From Paraphysomonas bandaiensis (taxonomy: Eukaryota; Protista; Chrysophyceae): a stretch of DNA of 64,000 nucleotides. Shown here one piece after another: positions 58,875 to 64,000 of this stretch. The position numbers and the translations under genes are program-made. The stretch covers positions 124,001 through 188,000 of the forward strand of contig CBFFRP010000373.1 in NCBI GenBank assembly GCA_965644295.1, given 5' to 3'. Below the pieces are notes generated by a model. It was not told the DNA's origin, searched no databases, and saw nothing but the letters and a program-made list of their open reading frames with translations. How positions within the stretch are numbered: the first letter of the stretch is position 1; each line of letters opens with the position of its first letter.

Positions 58875-61800
58875 TTACGAATCTGTATTCAGACACAGGG
58901 CAACCCCTTGTAAAACCCAATGAGATTGGTGTTCTGATGTCGCTAAATCGGCTTCAAAAACAAGCCCTACCCCCATGGCATTTCTCCTTGCTTGTGTGAC
59001 GTATACTGGGGTACGAAAGGTATGGTGGAGTTTTAGTTTGGAGGCTTCGATAGGTATAACTTGCATAATCGGTAGATTCACAACCAGCACCTTGGGATCT
59101 TGAACACGCAGCTCCATATTCTCGACATCCCATGCAGCGCCTTCTAAGTATAGGCCCTGCACATAGCATCCTGATTCCAATGGCTCCAATCCTGTCGAGT
59201 CTAAGTGCTTGGTAACTACAGTGTATAACGTGGACTTATCCAGCGGCCACCCTCGGAGACGACATGTAGTTTGCACCAGTGCCGTAAGGTACGACTCAGG
59301 GATATGCAAACCAGACAGCCAAACAACAGCAGGTTCGCCTTCTTTAATCCACAGATCGTACTGTTTGTAGCGTTTTGTATAGTGACCCATCCAACTCCCC
59401 AAGGGTTTCTGTGTGTCTGGGGCAAGACGGCGCCACATAGCAGGCAAAAACCCATTGTACAGCGAGTCGCCCAACGCGTCGAGTTCATCGGACATACCGA
59501 TCTCTCCTACCAGCGCACGCTTCAAATCCAGGAGAGACAGTGCCATTTTCTTCACAAGGTTATTCCACCGTTCAAGTTCCTGTAGCAGCACAACTTGACA
59601 AGGCGTTATTACTCCTGATTCATTTCGTCCCTCCAATAAGACACGGGTCTGAAGTAAGTCATACGAACCAACGTCCATACTGGCCAGCGGTATCTTGGCA
59701 TTAACATCTTTAGCTGTACTTGCAATGTAGTCTTCTCGAGACATTCCCTCTCCGCTACCCGACCGTCTGGGCTGAAGCGAAATCAAGTCCATCCACATTT
59801 CTTTCACTGCGTTGGTGTAGTATCCAATCTCAGCATTGGGGTGTAAACCAAACACAGCAGGCGAATTCGTCATTGGCAAAGTTTCAACCATGCCTGCATA
59901 GTTTTCAATTCCTCCCCACTCAGGAAGTACGTAGTCGAATCCAACTTGAGAGAAAGTGAACCTCTGACAGTCGTCAAATAGGAAATCACCCATGTATTCC
60001 TCAAGATAAGTTACCAATATACGTCTATCCATACCGTCAGACACCCTACCGCCATACATCGCATCTCCAATCAGATACTTAAGCGAGCCCCACGGTAAAA
60101 ACTCGTCCCCATCTTCATAAGACTTCTGCAAATAGAGAGACAGTAAACGCCGAGAAATGTTGAAGTCACTTTCATTGAAATCATAGTTCACATTCCACCC
60201 GATTTTCCCGTATTTTCTTCTCTCAAGCACGACAGCATGCAAGAAAGCAAGCACATACAAGCATGGTCTGAACGCTCTGTGCGGGCATTCTTCAAGTGTT
60301 GAGTCATCCATTCTACTAAATGTGGCTCGCATATTCAGTTTCAAACCATCTGGAGGCTCAGTGACAACCTTCATCGACCGCTGCAGAATTCCGAGGGGAA
60401 ACTTATCTGTCGGATCAGTAGTCAACCACAGTCTAAAATCTTTGTGTGGATCTTTCATGCTATTGAGAATACGTTCAAGTGTTTTCAGCCACGATGCAAG
60501 CAAATGGCAATTCTGAAGCAGAATCCAGTGACCACGCTTGTATCCCGCATCTAAAAGTTGTTCGGCAATCGGACCTTGTCCTTGCCCCAAGGCAACGAAC
60601 TTGAACTTCGATGCCATACCCATCTCATCACAGAATTTCTGGATGTCCGATTGAGGATCTGCCCCTGGCGACAGAATGAAAACCATCGGAGCGATGGGAG
60701 AAGACTGTGCATATATTCTAGCATAGTCAAGTACAGGGGGCTGAACAAACCTATCCCCAAGGGCATCAATAACAAACAATTTAACAGCGTTGTACACTCG
60801 ATCGGGTCGAAAGCAGCGCATTACAGTAAGCTTTTGTAAGAAGTTTAGTCTTGACGAGAAACCTCCAGGTATCTCCACAGTTTCTGGAGACTCTAAATCA
60901 TACCACTCCTTCCACACGTGAGGTTGTGACTTGAAATCAGTCAAAAGTTCGCCGAATACTTCAGCAAGGCCGCTGAGGCATACCAAATCCTTCCAGCCAG
61001 AATCAACCAGCCATGAGGCAGGGCATTTCTCGCTCACTCCCTCCAAAGACGTATCACCCTTCAAGAAAAAGTCCAAAATATTTTTCTCCAAAATACCATC
61101 ACCATCCATTATCATACATGTCATTTGGAAACTGAACATTAACTTATGTTTCTCGAATATACCTGTACATGTATAATCGTATATCTGGACCATCACAGTA
61201 TCGATCATATTGCGCAAGCGGTTGTCGAGCACAGAATCTTTTCGTGCTGAAGACAAAGCTGCCTTGAAAACTACTAAAAAACTGTCAAGACTAATCTCAT
61301 ACATGCTGTTGATTGTAGCCAGCCCAGACTCAGCAAAGTACAGAATCGACCCCCTCTTTGCAACTGGCTTGTATACAGATCGCGCCTCGCTGATATCGTC
61401 TTTAGTCTGTTCTGCTTGCTGTAGCTTTCCTTGGATCTCAACAGCTTTAGATTTCGTATTCTCCAATGTGGAGATAAGCTCGTGGTTGTCCAGAATATTT
61501 CCCTGTGAGCTGGACAACTCTCGCAAAAGGGTATCCTCAAGACTAACAAGTAACTGTGCGTTCTCGCCCATTTCCTCTACCAAGTCCGCCCATTGTCGCT
61601 CAAGATCAGGTCTTTCGTGTGCAACCACCACATTAAGCAACTGGTTGGCTAATCCATCCATAGTAACACCGTAATTAATAATCATAGTTTTGCCCATGAC
61701 CTCTGGAGAATAATGTGGGTTAGCGAGCTTGGTGGTGAAAAAGAGCCGGAAGTTATCATCCCACTCCACCATTTTATCCCCAAGCTTAATGACCATAGAT

Positions 61801-64000
61801 GTTCCTTCTTTGACAATATTTTTTTCCAACACAGGATCGAGCATTGGATCAAGTTCCTCGTCAATATTTTCAAACAAAAATGGGTTCCCAAATTGTATTG
61901 CTAACTCCAAATGCTTCATAAAATCAGAATCTGTGAGAGATTTTACAGTTAAATTCTTTCCAGCATAAGTGTTCTTGATCCATGTAACAGCTTGTTGCTG
62001 AGGATCAATACACAATGGAAATCTCGAGCTCTTTGTCGTAAGAATACCATTCTGTACGGAATGATCATCCGCAGGAAGCCCTTTAGCAACCCAACCTTGA
62101 ACAGTTGCATCAGTTGTCAACTGCGATTCAAGCTTGAATGGCGTTGATAAAGGAATTCCCCGAGTCATGATATCATCCAAAAACTTATTGTTAATTAGTT
62201 CTGTTCTATAGTCAGTGGTAAAAGCTCCAACGTAACTTAAGAAAGATGAGCCCAATAGACAATCTCCAACAAGTCGGTCCTGTTGCATTTCCAAGCTCTT
62301 CACATCTGCACCCCATCTGGTTCTCTCACCCGTAAGTCCTTCAATGAGCTTACTAGCAGCAGCTAAACGCTTAGCCATAAGGGACGCTTCCTGTTGCAAA
62401 ACGGTCAATTCACCATTGGCTTCTTCGTACTGCACATTGAGCTCTTTGATTTCCTTGCTCAAAGCACTTAAGGTTTCCTGGAGAGCGGCTAATTCGGCCT
62501 CTGTCACACGCTGGGCCTTCTCCATCTCCTTGACTTTCTGTCGCAGAGGGGCAACATTTCTAGCTACTTCATAATACTTTACAATGGCAACCACCCATGT
62601 GAGTAGACCGTATCCAGCCTTCGACACACTTTGCATTTTCTCAAGAGTGAGCTCATCAGAGAAATATTTGTTCACTCTCTTGACTTGCTTATCAGTAAGG
62701 TCATCTTTCGGATAGTTCTTCAGCATTGACAGCAGCTGACTGTTTGACAGCATTTTCTTGGCATCATTCCATGTTTCCTCTAACTTCTCTCCTGTTGGCC
62801 TCAAGCAAACCAGCTGCATACACAAGTTCTTCACCGACGCTGGAGGATTAGTGAAAGCTTTCAGTTCCGTTAAATCGTTCTTATCAAGATTTTCAAGAGC
62901 AGCAGATGCCGCCTCGACGGCCGGAAGGGCCTCCATTAGGGCTTCATCTGCTTTTGTCTTTTCTTCATTTATAATTTTCGCTTGTTCCTCAGCATACTTC
63001 TGCTTAACAGTGGCTTGCTCTTGCTGTTCATTAGCTACCTCTGTCTTCTCTTGGATAACTTTAATAAGAGCTTGTACCTTCTCGGTCTTATCATCCACAA
63101 CGACTTTCTTCTCAGTTAGAACAACCTGCATTCTATCTACAGCCTCCGCAGCTTCAATTAGTTTCTGTAGACCACCCTCTAGACGCTTAGTGGACGCTTT
63201 GATACGCTTATGGTTGAATTTGAGCTGTTGTCTATAGTTAGATATGAAATCAAGATAATTCTTTGGTGTAACATAATAAAAACGCCGTAGCTCTTCAGCA
63301 AATCTACTGGCCGATTCTGTCACGTTTTGGTGTGTGAACACCAAGTGGCCAATAACAGAGGCTCGGTGTTCTTCGGGCAGTGCTTCTTCAGCAAGGAAAT
63401 ATTCCGCCACTTTCTGCAGAGCATCCGCCGGCCATGGGAAAAACCAATCAATAACTGCATTAGAAACTAAGCCAGGGAAGTTACGGCAACGCAAACGAAG
63501 TTTTGACCCAGAAGGAGACATCGCAAGAACAATGTGGAGGTTGTCCCTGCACTTACTAACATAGTACGACCAGAGATTGTCTGGAGTTTCCGCCATTCCA
63601 GCTGCACGAACTTCAGCTCTAACAGTATTCATCAGAGCATCTCTCTCGTCCTGAGCGTACAACGCCGGCACCATTCCAGTGGTGAGCATATTGTTCAACA
63701 ACTCCAAAAATCCTTCCTCCACTACATGTGCATCAGTAAACAAAAACACAACTTCGTCGGTGCCCAATAGTTTATACAGCTCTTTGAGATCCTCTTTAAA
63801 CTGTGCCTCATTATAACCTCTTGATAAAGTTATTTGGAAGAGTTTGTACCCCGCTGCATAGGTCGCCAAGTGAGAAAGACTTTGCTTTCCACTCCCTCCA
63901 ACTCCAACCAGTAAGGCATTTCCACGCGGGTTTCTTATAATGCGGTGAATACGGCAGAGGTGTTCCAAAGCTTGTTCGAATAGTACCAACGTCATAGGCT
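58875..64000 (-). CDS. DNAH10: Axonemal inner-arm dynein heavy chain, DNAH10/I1-alpha type; 3' part from AAA4 to the C-terminus
   Basis: GVGGSGKQS, VTPKNYLDF, stalk, PLCIDPQQQA, FILSPGADP, LQNCHL; C-terminus FRTPVY..RRNAMGVGLVFEADL..HWVLQGV characteristic of DNAH10. Confidence 0.93.
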   Translation of the reverse strand, partial: PMTLVLFEQALEHLCRIHRIIRNPRGNALLVGVGGSGKQSLSHLATYAAGYKLFQITLSRGYNEAQFKEDLKELYKLLGTDEVVFLFTDAHVVEEGFLELLNNMLTTGMVPALYAQDERDALMNTVRAEVRAAGMAETPDNLWSYYVSKCRDNLHIVLAMSPSGSKLRLRCRNFPGLVSNAVIDWFFPWPADALQKVAEYFLAEEALPEEHRASVIGHLVFTHQNVTESASRFAEELRRFYYVTPKNYLDFISNYRQQLKFNHKRIKASTKRLEGGLQKLIEAAEAVDRMQVVLTEKKVVVDDKTEKVQALIKVIQEKTEVANEQQEQATVKQKYAEEQAKIINEEKTKADEALMEALPAVEAASAALENLDKNDLTELKAFTNPPASVKNLCMQLVCLRPTGEKLEETWNDAKKMLSNSQLLSMLKNYPKDDLTDKQVKRVNKYFSDELTLEKMQSVSKAGYGLLTWVVAIVKYYEVARNVAPLRQKVKEMEKAQRVTEAELAALQETLSALSKEIKELNVQYEEANGELTVLQQEASLMAKRLAAASKLIEGLTGERTRWGADVKSLEMQQDRLVGDCLLGSSFLSYVGAFTTDYRTELINNKFLDDIMTRGIPLSTPFKLESQLTTDATVQGWVAKGLPADDHSVQNGILTTKSSRFPLCIDPQQQAVTWIKNTYAGKNLTVKSLTDSDFMKHLELAIQFGNPFLFENIDEELDPMLDPVLEKNIVKEGTSMVIKLGDKMVEWDDNFRLFFTTKLANPHYSPEVMGKTMIINYGVTMDGLANQLLNVVVAHERPDLERQWADLVEEMGENAQLLVSLEDTLLRELSSSQGNILDNHELISTLENTKSKAVEIQGKLQQAEQTKDDISEARSVYKPVAKRGSILYFAESGLATINSMYEISLDSFLVVFKAALSSARKDSVLDNRLRNMIDTVMVQIYDYTCTGIFEKHKLMFSFQMTCMIMDGDGILEKNILDFFLKGDTSLEGVSEKCPASWLVDSGWKDLVCLSGLAEVFGELLTDFKSQPHVWKEWYDLESPETVEIPGGFSSRLNFLQKLTVMRCFRPDRVYNAVKLFVIDALGDRFVQPPVLDYARIYAQSSPIAPMVFILSPGADPQSDIQKFCDEMGMASKFKFVALGQGQGPIAEQLLDAGYKRGHWILLQNCHLLASWLKTLERILNSMKDPHKDFRLWLTTDPTDKFPLGILQRSMKVVTEPPDGLKLNMRATFSRMDDSTLEECPHRAFRPCLYVLAFLHAVVLERRKYGKIGWNVNYDFNESDFNISRRLLSLYLQKSYEDGDEFLPWGSLKYLIGDAMYGGRVSDGMDRRILVTYLEEYMGDFLFDDCQRFTFSQVGFDYVLPEWGGIENYAGMVETLPMTNSPAVFGLHPNAEIGYYTNAVKEMWMDLISLQPRRSGSGEGMSREDYIASTAKDVNAKIPLASMDVGSYDLLQTRVLLEGRNESGVITPCQVVLLQELERWNNLVKKMALSLLDLKRALVGEIGMSDELDALGDSLYNGFLPAMWRRLAPDTQKPLGSWMGHYTKRYKQYDLWIKEGEPAVVWLSGLHIPESYLTALVQTTCRLRGWPLDKSTLYTVVTKHLDSTGLEPLESGCYVQGLYLEGAAWDVENMELRVQDPKVLVVNLPIMQVIPIEASKLKLHHTFRTPVYVTQARRNAMGVGLVFEADLATSEHQSHWVLQGVALCLNTDS

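Noticed and set aside
58954-63770. Many short overlapping ORFs within dynein (likewise within copia, myotubularin and LRRC56)
   Set aside because: Alternate-frame or antisense shadows of long coding sequences.
1-64000. tRNA, rRNA or snRNA genes, or an alternative genetic code
   Set aside because: No diagnostic motifs found by eye; all conserved genes translate with the standard code once introns are removed.

Overview
AT-rich eukaryotic DNA with short GT-AG introns (mostly ~40-70 nt) and flagellar genes (an LRRC56-like gene and a DNAH10-type inner-arm dynein heavy chain). It most likely comes from a flagellated protist; a stramenopile is my inference, not a demonstrated assignment. About 14 host genes are present: an EHD-like P-loop NTPase (partial), a TTC33-like TPR protein, a putative mitochondrial membrane protein, an EF-hand myotubularin, VTI1, MoCo sulfurase, LRRC56, a DUF4282-like protein, PYM, a CgeB-like glycosyltransferase, a zinc-ribbon/CCCH protein missed by the ORF track, a saposin-purple acid phosphatase fusion, a pfkB kinase and a dynein heavy chain (partial). 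They are interspersed with transposon debris: a pogo-like element, about five hAT relics, MITEs and an LRR pseudogene. The dominant features are two young, full-length, mutually divergent Ty1/copia retrotransposons (8822-14114 and 44765-50295), each with apparently identical LTRs and a 5-bp TSD. They share several unusual traits: a conserved ~58-aa extra domain after integrase, a D-S-C protease motif, Gag starting inside the LTR and reading through the PBS, and a basic tail after RNase H. One also has non-canonical TG...TA termini. Each has a single frame break in a 5-nt G/C homopolymer that is probably an assembly error. No rRNA, tRNA or CRISPR was recognised. Exon boundaries were read by eye and some are approximate.
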